Positions 39,399 through 48,610 of a stretch of 64,000 nt of DNA are shown piece after piece. How positions within the stretch are numbered: position 1 is the first letter of the stretch; each line of letters opens with the position of its first letter. The position numbers were made by a program, and so were the translations under genes. Under the pieces are notes generated by a model that saw nothing but the letters and a program-made list of their open reading frames with translations, did no database searches and was not told the DNA's origin. This DNA comes from Promethearchaeota archaeon (lineage in GTDB: Archaea > Asgardarchaeota > Heimdallarchaeia > Hodarchaeales > Hodarchaeaceae), in the NCBI GenBank assembly GCA_048938105.1, contig JBHLMN010000014.1, forward strand, positions 32,001 to 96,000, read 5' to 3'.

Positions 39399-39462
39399 TG
39401 CTGGTGACCCGGGTTCAAAAACCATCCACTTTAGAGGATTGCTGGAAATCCCGGTCGGCGCA
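39399..39462 (+). tRNA. 3' half (nt 38-73) of the split tRNA, with a 29-nt intron at 59/60 (39420-39448)
   Basis: T-GCTGG-TGAC-CCGGG-TTCAAA[intron]T-CCCGG-TCGGCGC-A; BHB central helix TTCA/TGGA. Confidence 0.82.
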
Positions 39463-39490
39463 TCCTCCTAGTTAATAAACTGATGCTACA

Positions 39491-39781
39491 ATGATAATCC
39501 GCTTAAAGTTTCTTGGATCATTACAATATGATTTAAAACAGCAGAATTTACCTTACCAGATTTCTTCGGAAAAATCTGTACAAGAAATTGTTTCAGAGCT
39601 TACACAGAATCCCCAATTCAAGGAACTGAAGAGTTTCTTTACTGAGTCTTTGGAGATAAAGCGATCCCTCTTGATTTTTATCAATGAACAAGAAATATCT
39701 GTACTGGATGGTATGAAATCTAAGGTAAAAGCGGAGGATATAATAGCCTTTATACCAGTCATTCATGGAGGAATATTCTGA
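39491..39781 (+). CDS. Urm1/SAMP/MoaD-like ubiquitin-fold protein ending HGG-IF
   Basis: LIFINEQEI..LDG, FIPVIHGG. Confidence 0.88.
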   Translation: MIIRLKFLGSLQYDLKQQNLPYQISSEKSVQEIVSELTQNPQFKELKSFFTESLEIKRSLLIFINEQEISVLDGMKSKVKAEDIIAFIPVIHGGIF

Positions 39782-39812
39782 TCAAACATTTAATAGATAG
39801 AAGTGATGATTA

Positions 39813-40739
39813 ATGACGATAAATATGAAAGGACGTTCTTTATTAACGCTTAAGGATCTTTCGCCAGAGGAGATTCGCTTTCTGATTGATGAGGCAACGG
39901 AATTCAAAACTCACAGGTCACAATTTATACAGAGTCAACCGTTAAACGGAAAAACTTTAGGTATGATTTTTCAAAAACGCTCAACACGAACTCGTGTCTC
40001 GACAGAAACAGCTATGGTTGAATTAGGGGGACATGCCCTATTCTTAGGAAAGGATGACATTCAATTAGGTGTTAATGAATCTATACAAGATACAGCAAAA
40101 GTTTTGGGCCGAATGGTTTCTGGGATTCTAGCTCGTGTTTTTGATCATGCTGATGTAGAAATTCTTGCAAAATATTCTGGAGTTCCAGTAATTAATGCAC
40201 TTTCAGATCTATTCCATCCGCTTCAGGGATTAGCAGACCTAATGACAATCGAAGAGCATCTAGGGAAACTGAAAGGAGTAAATATTGCGTGGATAGGAGA
40301 TGGGAATAATGTATGCCATTCATTAATGATTGCTTCTATAAAGATGGGGATGAACATATGTATTGCAACACCTGAAGAATATGAACCAGATTCTACAGTC
40401 CTAGAATACTGTATGAATAATACATCGTCATCTGAACAGATAAAGGTGATCCATGATCCTATCATGGCCGCTAAAGACGCAAACGTAGTTGTAACGGATA
40501 CATTCATCTCCATGGGACAAGAATCAGAGAAGGAAGAGAAATTACGTAAATTTGAGGGTTATCAAGTTAATTCGCAGCTAGTTCATCACTCAGCCAAAGA
40601 TTTCATTTTCATGCATTGCCTTCCCCGTCATAAAGAGGAAGTTACTGATGAAATAATATATGGTAAGCACTCAGTTGTTTTCGATGAAGCTGAGAATCGT
40701 TTACATACGGTGGCAGCAGTATTGAAGAACGTCTTATGA
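39813..40739 (+). CDS. argF: Ornithine carbamoyltransferase
   Basis: STRTR, HPLQ, DTFISMG, HCLP, AENR. Confidence 0.96.
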   Translation: MTINMKGRSLLTLKDLSPEEIRFLIDEATEFKTHRSQFIQSQPLNGKTLGMIFQKRSTRTRVSTETAMVELGGHALFLGKDDIQLGVNESIQDTAKVLGRMVSGILARVFDHADVEILAKYSGVPVINALSDLFHPLQGLADLMTIEEHLGKLKGVNIAWIGDGNNVCHSLMIASIKMGMNICIATPEEYEPDSTVLEYCMNNTSSSEQIKVIHDPIMAAKDANVVVTDTFISMGQESEKEEKLRKFEGYQVNSQLVHHSAKDFIFMHCLPRHKEEVTDEIIYGKHSVVFDEAENRLHTVAAVLKNVL

Positions 40740-40853
40740 GCTTCCATAAATGAAATATGTCTATGCAGAGAGAAAATCCATAGAGAAGATTTATATGAGT
40801 GTAATTTGGAAGATGGTTAATAAAAAGATGATAGAAATAAAGAGGCTAAATTC

Positions 40854-41360
40854 TTGGTTATAACCCCTATTTGCAACTTCTGCGCAAAAACTGGAGTTTT
40901 ATGCAAGAAATGTAAACAGAAACTTAGAAAGGGGAAATTCACTCAACTGGATGTCGACGTTTCCAAAGCTTTTGCTAAAGCTGAACAGCGATTTCCTAAA
41001 CAACTTCAAAATGTGACCTTAGACCGCGCACATCGTCTTAACGGATCCATTGTTCTATTAACACGGAATGGTAATAACATTCTGGAAAATGAAGATTTAA
41101 AACATTTTATTGAAGATGAAATTCGAAAACCTATTGAGATTGTAGAAAGAAAATCTGATACACGAAAAACTTTTGCAGATTTCTTCGCTCCTCTCGATAT
41201 TCTTGAAATTGACCAGATTTTTGCCCCTCCTGAGGGTGATATCGAATTAAAGATCACCTTACGAGGTGACCCAAATTTACTTCGATTCCCTTTAGATCAA
41301 TTGAAACAGATTGCTGAGCTAATTTCAAAGAATTCTGTGCGGCTGGAAATCCAAAGCTAG
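40854..41360 (+). CDS. Archaeal Zn-finger/KH-like (NusA-related) protein
   Basis: PICNFCAKTGVLCKKC, LDVDVSK, IEIVE. Confidence 0.7.
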   Translation: MVITPICNFCAKTGVLCKKCKQKLRKGKFTQLDVDVSKAFAKAEQRFPKQLQNVTLDRAHRLNGSIVLLTRNGNNILENEDLKHFIEDEIRKPIEIVERKSDTRKTFADFFAPLDILEIDQIFAPPEGDIELKITLRGDPNLLRFPLDQLKQIAELISKNSVRLEIQS

Positions 41361-41375
41361 AAATTTCTATATTTA

Positions 41376-42002
41376 TCAAGGTAGAAATATTGATATTATT
41401 CCCCCAATCGACAAACCTAAGATTTGTAATATACCTTGTAGTATACAGAGGATTCCAACGATTATAGATATTAGGGGTGATGATAGAACTTCTGCAACAA
41501 GAAGATAGAGATCCTCAAACATTTTTATTGATAGATAAATGACTAAAAAGAGGACAAAAAATACAACTGATAATAATTGTACTGATTCAGCTCCAAGGAA
41601 GACTAGTAGCCCTGCTCCAAGCAATCCAATTGCTAAAGAGATGAAAGCTCCAAATCTGAATTCTTTTATTGGTCGTAGTATCAATACGAGACCAAGGATA
41701 CACAAAAATACGATAGTAACCAGATCAAACGTTGGATATTCTTCAATGAATGTAGGACCTGGTTCACCCATAATTGACCAAAGGTATAATCCAGCTCCAA
41801 TTGTGATTAAGGCAATAACACCTATAGGGAACCCTATTAATGATAATTTGTCAACGATATTAGATAGATCATCTGAACTTACTCCAGCAAGTCGTACCAA
41901 TAGCCATGAAGCTGCTAATAAGCCACCAAGAATTAGAATAACGAAATTCCAAGAAACAAGAGTTTCGGATGAGAGTTGCACAAGATCAAGAGCCATACAC
42001 AT
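41376..42002 (-). CDS. Hypothetical polytopic membrane protein
   Basis: About six hydrophobic segments. Confidence 0.75.
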   Translation of the reverse strand: MCMALDLVQLSSETLVSWNFVILILGGLLAASWLLVRLAGVSSDDLSNIVDKLSLIGFPIGVIALITIGAGLYLWSIMGEPGPTFIEEYPTFDLVTIVFLCILGLVLILRPIKEFRFGAFISLAIGLLGAGLLVFLGAESVQLLSVVFFVLFLVIYLSIKMFEDLYLLVAEVLSSPLISIIVGILCILQGILQILGLSIGGIISIFLP

Positions 42003-42191
42003 CCTTTCCTTATATTCTCCTTCTTTAGAAGTAATTATGCTTGATTGGATTAATTAATGCTTCCTATATATTATGTATTTTGTATTGGTACATGAAATAA
42101 GTTTGAATCCTTTTATTACTAAAACCAGCCGTTTTTCTCATACTTTGATAACAAATGAAATTTTATTCATTAAATAAACCCCCCAAAAAGA

Positions 42192-43397
42192 CTAAATTTG
42201 GGGCCAACCCATGAAAAAAAGAGTAAGGAGTAAATTGATTCCCAGTACTCCTAATGTAAAGTATCTAATCCAAGGTAGATATTTTTCAAATTTTGGCCCC
42301 AAAAATGCGGTTAAAAGCTTATCTCCATCTAAAAAAGGAATGGGTAACAGATTCATGATTGCCAACATAAGATTAATCATAAAAACATAGATAAGTGTGT
42401 TGAGTGTCCAATAAGGGATTAAATTTACTAAAGGTGAAGGGCTAAAAAAGTGTGGTTTAAAGTATTCCCACGTACGAATCCCTATGAATCCTTTTGTATG
42501 GTCATCGCTACGTTGTACCGTTTTAAGGGTGATAGGATCTCTTCCACTGGCGAAATGAAAAGTTAAGGTTTGGTTAGGAAAGACGGATGAATTAACAAAT
42601 TCTCGAAAATCACTAGCAGATAATATTTTATTATAACCATTGGATGTACTTATCCCAATAATTGCATAACCTGCTTTCATGCCTGCTTGATAAGCTGGAT
42701 TTTCTGGGATTGTTTCTATTATTAAAGCTCCATTCGACTCAGGTTGATAAAGAGGAGCGATCAACAAGGGAAAACCTATTGGAATAATCAAGATTATTAT
42801 GATAAGTCCTGCCACCACCATATTAGCCAACGCGCCAGCTGCCATAATTCGTGCTTTGGATCGACGGGATTTTTGAGCTAATATTTCGTCATCAGGTTCA
42901 ACAAAAGCTCCAAAAAGCACTAGAAAAATGAAGATTCCAGTACTTTTCAGGTCAACTTCTTCCACACGTGCAGATATTCCATGAGCAAATTCATGAGCAA
43001 TCGCTCCAATCATTATAGCAACGATGAAATATGGAAGTGTTTGAAACGAGACGGTTATCCCTGGAATTACAGGAGTCACACCAATAGCACTAGTCGTTCC
43101 TTCTGCAGTTGGTTGGAAAAATAAAGGAATATTAATAGTAAAAATGGTTAAACCAACAATGAGGATCCCCAATCCAGAAATTACTCCAATATCCCAAATA
43201 AATTTCCATATGATCCGTCCTCTTCTCGCGAGTCTATCAATAAAGTTATTTAGTTTTTTTGTACGATACATAGCATATCCTAAGCCGATTTCGGGATTTT
43301 TCACCTCAAACCAATGGATTCGAGCAATTGCATTCAAAGAAATCCAGCTAAACCCTACAATTATTAAAAAAATAATCGGATCCATTTCATCTTCCAT
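42192..43397 (-). CDS. Site-2 protease (M50) with PDZ-like domain
   Basis: HEFAH, GAFVEPD, AAGALAN, NLLPIPFLDG. Confidence 0.93.
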   Translation of the reverse strand: MEDEMDPIIFLIIVGFSWISLNAIARIHWFEVKNPEIGLGYAMYRTKKLNNFIDRLARRGRIIWKFIWDIGVISGLGILIVGLTIFTINIPLFFQPTAEGTTSAIGVTPVIPGITVSFQTLPYFIVAIMIGAIAHEFAHGISARVEEVDLKSTGIFIFLVLFGAFVEPDDEILAQKSRRSKARIMAAGALANMVVAGLIIIILIIPIGFPLLIAPLYQPESNGALIIETIPENPAYQAGMKAGYAIIGISTSNGYNKILSASDFREFVNSSVFPNQTLTFHFASGRDPITLKTVQRSDDHTKGFIGIRTWEYFKPHFFSPSPLVNLIPYWTLNTLIYVFMINLMLAIMNLLPIPFLDGDKLLTAFLGPKFEKYLPWIRYFTLGVLGINLLLTLFFMGWPQI

Positions 43398-43636
43398 CTT
43401 ATTTGGTAATGGTTAAAACAAAATATTTCAAAACTAGTAATTTCAAGATTTTAACGCACTTAGGCGTCCTATAAAAGACATTTTCATGAATAAGACTGAA
43501 TCCTTTCTGTTTATATTCTACTAAAGGATTTTTTGTTGAATAAATAGAAAAGTATTTTTTGGGGTTTTCATCCTTTTACAATATTACTAGGAATTTTAAC
43601 TTAATTTAATTGTAAATCGAGGAGACTTGAATAGAT

Positions 43637-44449
43637 TTGAAAATCGCTCTCATTCAGCAACATACAACACAGAATAAGAATGAAAATGTAAAACGGGGAA
43701 TAAAAAGCTTAGAAGAAGCAGCCTCTCAAGGAGTAAAATTAGTTGCATTTCATAAACTTGCTTTTGAGTACTTTTGGCCTCAAAAACCAGCAACCAATGC
43801 TTTTCGTGATTTAGCTGAACCTGTACCAGGGCCTACAACAGAAAAATTCATGGAAAAAGCAGAAGAATTTGGTTTAGTAGTTGTTCTTAATCTATTTGAG
43901 CGAGAAAATGAAAAGACTTACGATTGTTCTCCTATTATAGATAGTAATGGGAAATTACTAGGAAAGACTAGAATGATTCATATCTTAGAAGCGCCCTTCT
44001 TTCACGAAAAAGGGTATTATACACCTGGTAATTTAGGGATAGAAGTCTTTAATACTACAATTGGTTGCATTGGGGTTGCTATCTGTTATGATCGGCACTT
44101 TCCTGAATATATGAGAATGTTGGCTCTAAAAGGGGCAGAATTAGTGGTTGTTCCTCAAGCTGGTGCTGTTGATGAATGGCCTCCTGGCATTTTTGAAGCT
44201 GAATTGCAAATCGCTGCGTTTCAAAACGGTTATTTTACTGCTTTAGTCAATCGAGTTGGTAAAGAAGACAGTGTGACTTTTGCTGGTGAATCATTTATGA
44301 CTGATCCAGAAGGCCGAGTCATTGTTCGAGCACCGAAACTAAAAGACTTTATCCTCTATCATGATATAGATCTTAAAGAACTCAAGAATTGTCAAGCTAG
44401 AAAGCATTTTCTTAAGGATCGTCGTCCAGAAATTTATCATTTAGATTAA
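43637..44449 (+). CDS. Carbon-nitrogen hydrolase (nitrilase superfamily) with altered catalytic triad
   Basis: IALIQ, EKGYYTPG, ICYDRHFPE, NRVG, FAGES, DRRPEIY. Confidence 0.88.
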   Translation: MKIALIQQHTTQNKNENVKRGIKSLEEAASQGVKLVAFHKLAFEYFWPQKPATNAFRDLAEPVPGPTTEKFMEKAEEFGLVVVLNLFERENEKTYDCSPIIDSNGKLLGKTRMIHILEAPFFHEKGYYTPGNLGIEVFNTTIGCIGVAICYDRHFPEYMRMLALKGAELVVVPQAGAVDEWPPGIFEAELQIAAFQNGYFTALVNRVGKEDSVTFAGESFMTDPEGRVIVRAPKLKDFILYHDIDLKELKNCQARKHFLKDRRPEIYHLD

Positions 44450-44545
44450 AACAAAAAATAAACCTTTTTATTCCTAAGATGAGGCTAGATATATATCGAA
44501 AAATAAGAGAGCGAAAACCTCAAAAAGATTGAGATAACTTCATTA

Positions 44546-44653
44546 TATTGGAAGGATCCAATGACGGCTCTAGCCCTCCCGATAAGGCATAAAATACATC
44601 TATTTGAGTCTTAGATGATGAAGATCTTGAGTTCAGAGGTGTCCTTCCCAATA
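44546..44653 (+). ncRNA. Box C/D guide sRNA; D guide predicted to direct Cm34 of tRNA-Leu(CAA)
   Basis: GGAAGGA/TCCTTCC terminal stem; degenerate C ATGACGG 44561, D' CCGA 44579, C' ATGATGA 44615, guide AGATCTTGAGTT, D CAGA 44634. Confidence 0.75.
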
Positions 44654-44654
44654 A

Positions 44655-45131
44655 TCATAAAGTTGAGTTTGTGCTTCTTTCTTTTTCTTCCATTCTCAGT
44701 TTAGTACTACTTTCTACAGTACCATCTGTACGAATAACACGAGGGATTACAATAATGGTGAGTTTTGACTTCCCGTGTTTTATACGGAAACGGTTAATTG
44801 CATTTGCTCCCGAAAATGTCTCTTGAGATACAACCAAAGCAGATAAATCCGCTTCACTTGCTAATTTCTGATCCATTCCAAGGTCGTTTATAGTTGAGAT
44901 AAGAATATGGGTATTACGGCTTAAAAGATGATTTTCAACCTTTTTTTTACGAAATTGGAAACTTTGAATCATTTTAAAGTGTTTTTTCTTGTTCTTTTTC
45001 AAATAACTTGAGTTAATCAAACCAACATGGACACATTGACCGTAATAAGCAGCAATATCGAGGAATAATTTGTGTCCCCTGTGTAGGCGATCAAACGTCC
45101 CACCTAAACCGACGTTTTTATATTGTTTCAC
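44655..45131 (-). CDS. coaD: Phosphopantetheine adenylyltransferase, archaeal/eukaryotic type
   Basis: GGTFDRLHRGH, LVVSQET, SSTKLR. Confidence 0.9.
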   Translation of the reverse strand: MKQYKNVGLGGTFDRLHRGHKLFLDIAAYYGQCVHVGLINSSYLKKNKKKHFKMIQSFQFRKKKVENHLLSRNTHILISTINDLGMDQKLASEADLSALVVSQETFSGANAINRFRIKHGKSKLTIIVIPRVIRTDGTVESSTKLRMEEKERSTNSTL

Positions 45132-45279
45132 AATCTAAACTCCATGAATGAGTTTGGGAGGTTTAATCTAAAATTTCATTGTGCTGTAAAAATGAAATTG
45201 AAATGTTCAATACCTAGCTGGGTAAAACGTTTTAAAAACATACTAATTATAGAAAGGTTTTTTTATTCATTCCACAAAA

Positions 45280-45286
45280 ATTTAAA
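45280..45286 (+). promoter_or_regulatory. Probable TATA box for the H/ACA RNA
   Basis: TTTAAAT preceded by an A-rich BRE-like run, about 20-25 nt before hairpin 1. Confidence 0.5.
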
Positions 45287-45302
45287 TGCGATGAAGGAAT
45301 AG

Positions 45303-45562
45303 ATTCTGCTTTTCGAGGACCTGAGGATTTTAATGAATCATGGTGCAAATAAGCAGAGAAATCCGGAGCTCTTCAATCCGATAAGATTAGGAGACGGGCT
45401 CTCGCATGAGATTGGGTGAGTCACCCATCAATGAGCGGTAGGGTCAACCCTTCTAACCAACAGGAAACATTAGGATCGTTACTGCCCTTCACCAGAGAAC
45501 TCGACTGAGTTGGGAAAACCCTGTATGTGATGTCGCTAGAGTTAGTGTTAAGGGCTACAGAT
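45303..45562 (+). ncRNA. Three-hairpin box H/ACA pseudouridylation guide RNA
   Basis: Hairpins 45304-45358, 45387-45456 and 45484-45555, each with an internal pocket and K-turn/K-loop-like GA pairs, followed by AAA/ACA/ACA about 14 nt from the pocket; TTTT follows. Confidence 0.8.
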
Positions 45563-45689
45563 CCTTTTAATTAATAAAGATAAAATTTAAGAGAAAGTTT
45601 TTATCAAATAGAAGAAAATAAAAGCACTAAGTTTTCTAATGGAAAAAAAGCAGGTGTCCTGCTGATCCTGCTGAAAAAAATGAGGGAAA

Positions 45690-46976
45690 TTATTCGGAGA
45701 ATGTGTAGATATCAATGTCTAAGGGTTTCTTTGTAACATCGTGTTGTTTAGCACCAACGATATTCTTTATTCCACGTTCTAGTGCAATATCAAGAAGCCT
45801 TTGGGTAATAATTCCGTCAAAAATTACAGTCTCTACATTTTTTGTCTCGAGAATGACATCTCGAAGTTCACTGATTGGTATATGTTCTTTTAAGACCTTT
45901 AATTTTTTTCCGAGTAGAATTGCTTCCTGTTCTGAGAGATTTTCGACAAATTGGCCGAAATTACGTGGTATTTTCGATGTTACAGAAGCATTTTTTTGTG
46001 ACTGAACAATAATGGGAATCTCTTTTGGTTCTATTTCTGATTGAGATTTATCTTGACTTTCTTCAGAAGTCTCTATACCTTCAGGAAGAATGTTCATCTC
46101 TTTCATTATTTGCTCAATTGGAATTTTAGTTCGTAGAGCTTTTAGAAGTTCTTTACTAGACAATTCTTCTACTTCACGATTTGGTGGGGCTTTAGCAACG
46201 TAGTCTAAATCAGTAAGGTGAATGAGTTCTCTAAGGATAAGATCCCCACCGTGGTCTCCATCTAAAAAGGCAGTTGTTACTTTTTTTCGAGTGAGTTCTA
46301 TTACATCTAATGGAACATTGGTTCCTTGGACAGCAATTACATTCCGAAAACCATGTTTTAAGAGATTGACAACATCAGCCCGCCCTTCCACAATGATTAA
46401 ATTATCACTCTCTTGAATGCCAGGGCCAGCAGGTAATTCTTCTTTTCCATATTTTTGAATAATACTGATTCGAGCTTCTTTGAGAACCTCCTCTAGAACA
46501 GAGATTGAATCAGGGGCGATCTCGTGATCCCATGTTTTCAGAATTTGAGATGCGCGTGTGATAATTTGCCTTCTTTTACTTTCACGAACGTCCTCAATTT
46601 TAAGCAGAGCAATTTTCCCAACACAGGGTCCAACACGATCTACAGTTTCTAAAGCAGCAGCAAGCAAAGCTGTCTCGACCCTGTCTAAAGAAGAAGGTAC
46701 TATAATAGTTCCAGTAGTTTTTCTTTGCTTCTTTTGGTATTGTAGTTTAACAGCAATTCTTCCTATTCTTGATGTTTTTTGTAATTCTCTTAAATCTAGG
46801 CCCTCACCAATTAATCCCTCAGTTTGGCCGAATAATGCTCCAATAATATCTGATCGTTCAGCCACTCCGCTAATACTAAATTTCTCGTGGATAAGGTACT
46901 TTACAGTTGAAGTATCGATATCCTCTTCGTTAACCATGGTTGTTTCACCTCCAAAGGTTACTAGGTGAAACCACAT
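45690..46976 (-). CDS. dnaG: Archaeal DnaG (Toprim); start probably 46937
   Basis: IIGALFGQTEGL, LETVDRVGP, IIVEGRADV, DGDHGG, FDGIITQRL. Confidence 0.96.
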   Translation of the reverse strand: MWFHLVTFGGETTMVNEEDIDTSTVKYLIHEKFSISGVAERSDIIGALFGQTEGLIGEGLDLRELQKTSRIGRIAVKLQYQKKQRKTTGTIIVPSSLDRVETALLAAALETVDRVGPCVGKIALLKIEDVRESKRRQIITRASQILKTWDHEIAPDSISVLEEVLKEARISIIQKYGKEELPAGPGIQESDNLIIVEGRADVVNLLKHGFRNVIAVQGTNVPLDVIELTRKKVTTAFLDGDHGGDLILRELIHLTDLDYVAKAPPNREVEELSSKELLKALRTKIPIEQIMKEMNILPEGIETSEESQDKSQSEIEPKEIPIIVQSQKNASVTSKIPRNFGQFVENLSEQEAILLGKKLKVLKEHIPISELRDVILETKNVETVIFDGIITQRLLDIALERGIKNIVGAKQHDVTKKPLDIDIYTFSE

Positions 46977-47372
46977 ATTTCATTATGATTGAAGAGATCC
47001 TCTTTGGTTTTAATGGTTTTGTTTAGTTATTATGAACATGATGAAAATAGTTAATGGAAAGTTAATGAGGTGATAATGATGATATGCAGTTCCACTTGCA
47101 TAATTGTCTTTATTTCTTTTTTTAGTAAGTTTACATTCTAAATTGATTTATTTGCCATTACTCTTTGAATTAATATCAGCTGAAAGTGATATCTTTAATA
47201 CATATATTTTAATATCCAGTCGGATTCATTCTAAATTCGTGATATCTTTTTAGTGCAAATATGTTTGTGAATAAACCTGCAGGACAAAAGTTTATTCATT
47301 TTGCTTGCTATAACAACTCACGAATTGAGAGAATTTTAAATTATGGGTAGATAGATTGATTGATTTAAATTC

Positions 47373-47645
47373 TTATTTAGTAAATTTCTGCTTCCGTAAG
47401 GCTAACATAATATCTTTATCTTCCACTGTTTTTTTACCAGCATAAGATGCTATCTCCCAGGCTAATCTAGCAATTTTAACGCCATATTCCTCCAATTCCT
47501 TTTGTAAAGCCGTTATCGCAGATTTTGAAACCCTCTCTGCCCCTCCTTTTCGAATAATTCGATCTATCGAAGAAACTGGAATCTCTACCACCTTAATTTC
47601 CTCTAATGCTTTCTTAACCAAGTATAATTCTTCATAATTTTTCAA
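47373..47645 (-). CDS. Archaeal histone, HMf-like; true start probably the GTG at ~47591
   Basis: IP...IDRIIRK.GAERVS..A, A.YAGKKTV...DI.LA. Confidence 0.92.
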   Translation of the reverse strand: MKNYEELYLVKKALEEIKVVEIPVSSIDRIIRKGGAERVSKSAITALQKELEEYGVKIARLAWEIASYAGKKTVEDKDIMLALRKQKFTK

Positions 47646-47824
47646 TATTATTAGATTCTGCCATCAGTCATTATTTTTCTGAACTCCTTTGTTGATAAAA
47701 CAGCTAAATAAATTTAAAATGCTGATTAGGATAAAGCCAGATTCAGAGGTTTTCGGACTCTTTCATCGAATACTTCATTGAATTCTGTTGAAAGACCAGG
47801 AATGGACAATTGAGTTGAAATTAT

Positions 47825-48343
47825 ATGGGAAAAAGGCCTGCATACTGTTATTCTCGTGTAGACAGACCTCCTTACACGCGGAAAAAATTCATTAAAGGTG
47901 GTCCCGAGCCTAAAATTCGTGCTTTTGATTTTGGATCACCAGAAAAAGAATTCCCTTTGGAAATATCGTTGATCACTGATGAAAGATGCCAAATTTCTCA
48001 CAATGCCCTCGAAGCTGCTCGGATTCATGTTAATCGATTTTTAACACGGAAAATTGGGCGAGATAACTACCATTATCGTGTTTGTGTTTATCCCCATCAT
48101 AGAATACGTGAGAATAAAATGATGACTGGCGCTGGAGCGGATCGTTTGCAAGATGGTATGCGTAAAGCCTTTGGGAAAATTATAAGTGTTGCAGCTCGTG
48201 TTTTTGAAGGAGATCGAATTTTATTTATCAGAACTTATCCAGAGAATTTAGCTTTAGCCAAAGATGCACTCCGTCGCGGAAAAGCTAAATTTCCTACCCC
48301 CTGTCGTATTAAGATCACGAAAGGACAAGAATTAGTGATGTAA
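47825..48343 (+). CDS. rpl10e: 50S ribosomal protein uL16 (L10e)
   Basis: RPAYCY, ALEAARI, RENKMMTGAGADRLQDGMR.AFGK. Confidence 0.97.
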   Translation: MGKRPAYCYSRVDRPPYTRKKFIKGGPEPKIRAFDFGSPEKEFPLEISLITDERCQISHNALEAARIHVNRFLTRKIGRDNYHYRVCVYPHHRIRENKMMTGAGADRLQDGMRKAFGKIISVAARVFEGDRILFIRTYPENLALAKDALRRGKAKFPTPCRIKITKGQELVM

Positions 48344-48610
48344 TTTTTAATCCCTCAATTTTACTTCAAACTTTCATGAACCAGAAGAAGCAGATGAGGT
48401 TCTTTTTGGGCTAAGGGCTTTCACCTCTGAAAATACTATTCAAGAAGGGTAGGAATAAAAACATCTTTCTTAAGTTATGCCAAGAAAGTTAAATTTATTG
48501 ATAATCATACCTTTAAGTATCTAACAATAAAATACTACACTAAAGTTCATCAACGATACTGCATAACAATCGCTAGGTCTGTAGATCAGAAGCTAATCTA
48601 GATTCCTTTA

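Noticed and set aside
36873-39462. Classical attL/attR pair of an element integrated in tRNA-Gly(CCC)
   Set aside because: The downstream copy has a different anticodon stem (GCTGG) that matches the upstream 5' half, carries an intron absent from the intact tRNA, and no integrase is present.
45431-45439. ATGAGCGGT shared with the C/D guide at 35718-35726
   Set aside because: It is a same-strand identity, not a complement, so it cannot be the guide's target.
45288-45565. SRP RNA, RNase P RNA, group I intron or rRNA fragment
   Set aside because: No SRP helix-8 motif, no P4 pair and no P7; the H/ACA model explains the structure better.
48360-48432. Possible additional C/D sRNA ending ...TTCACCTCTGA
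   Set aside because: No convincing C or C' box at the right spacing.
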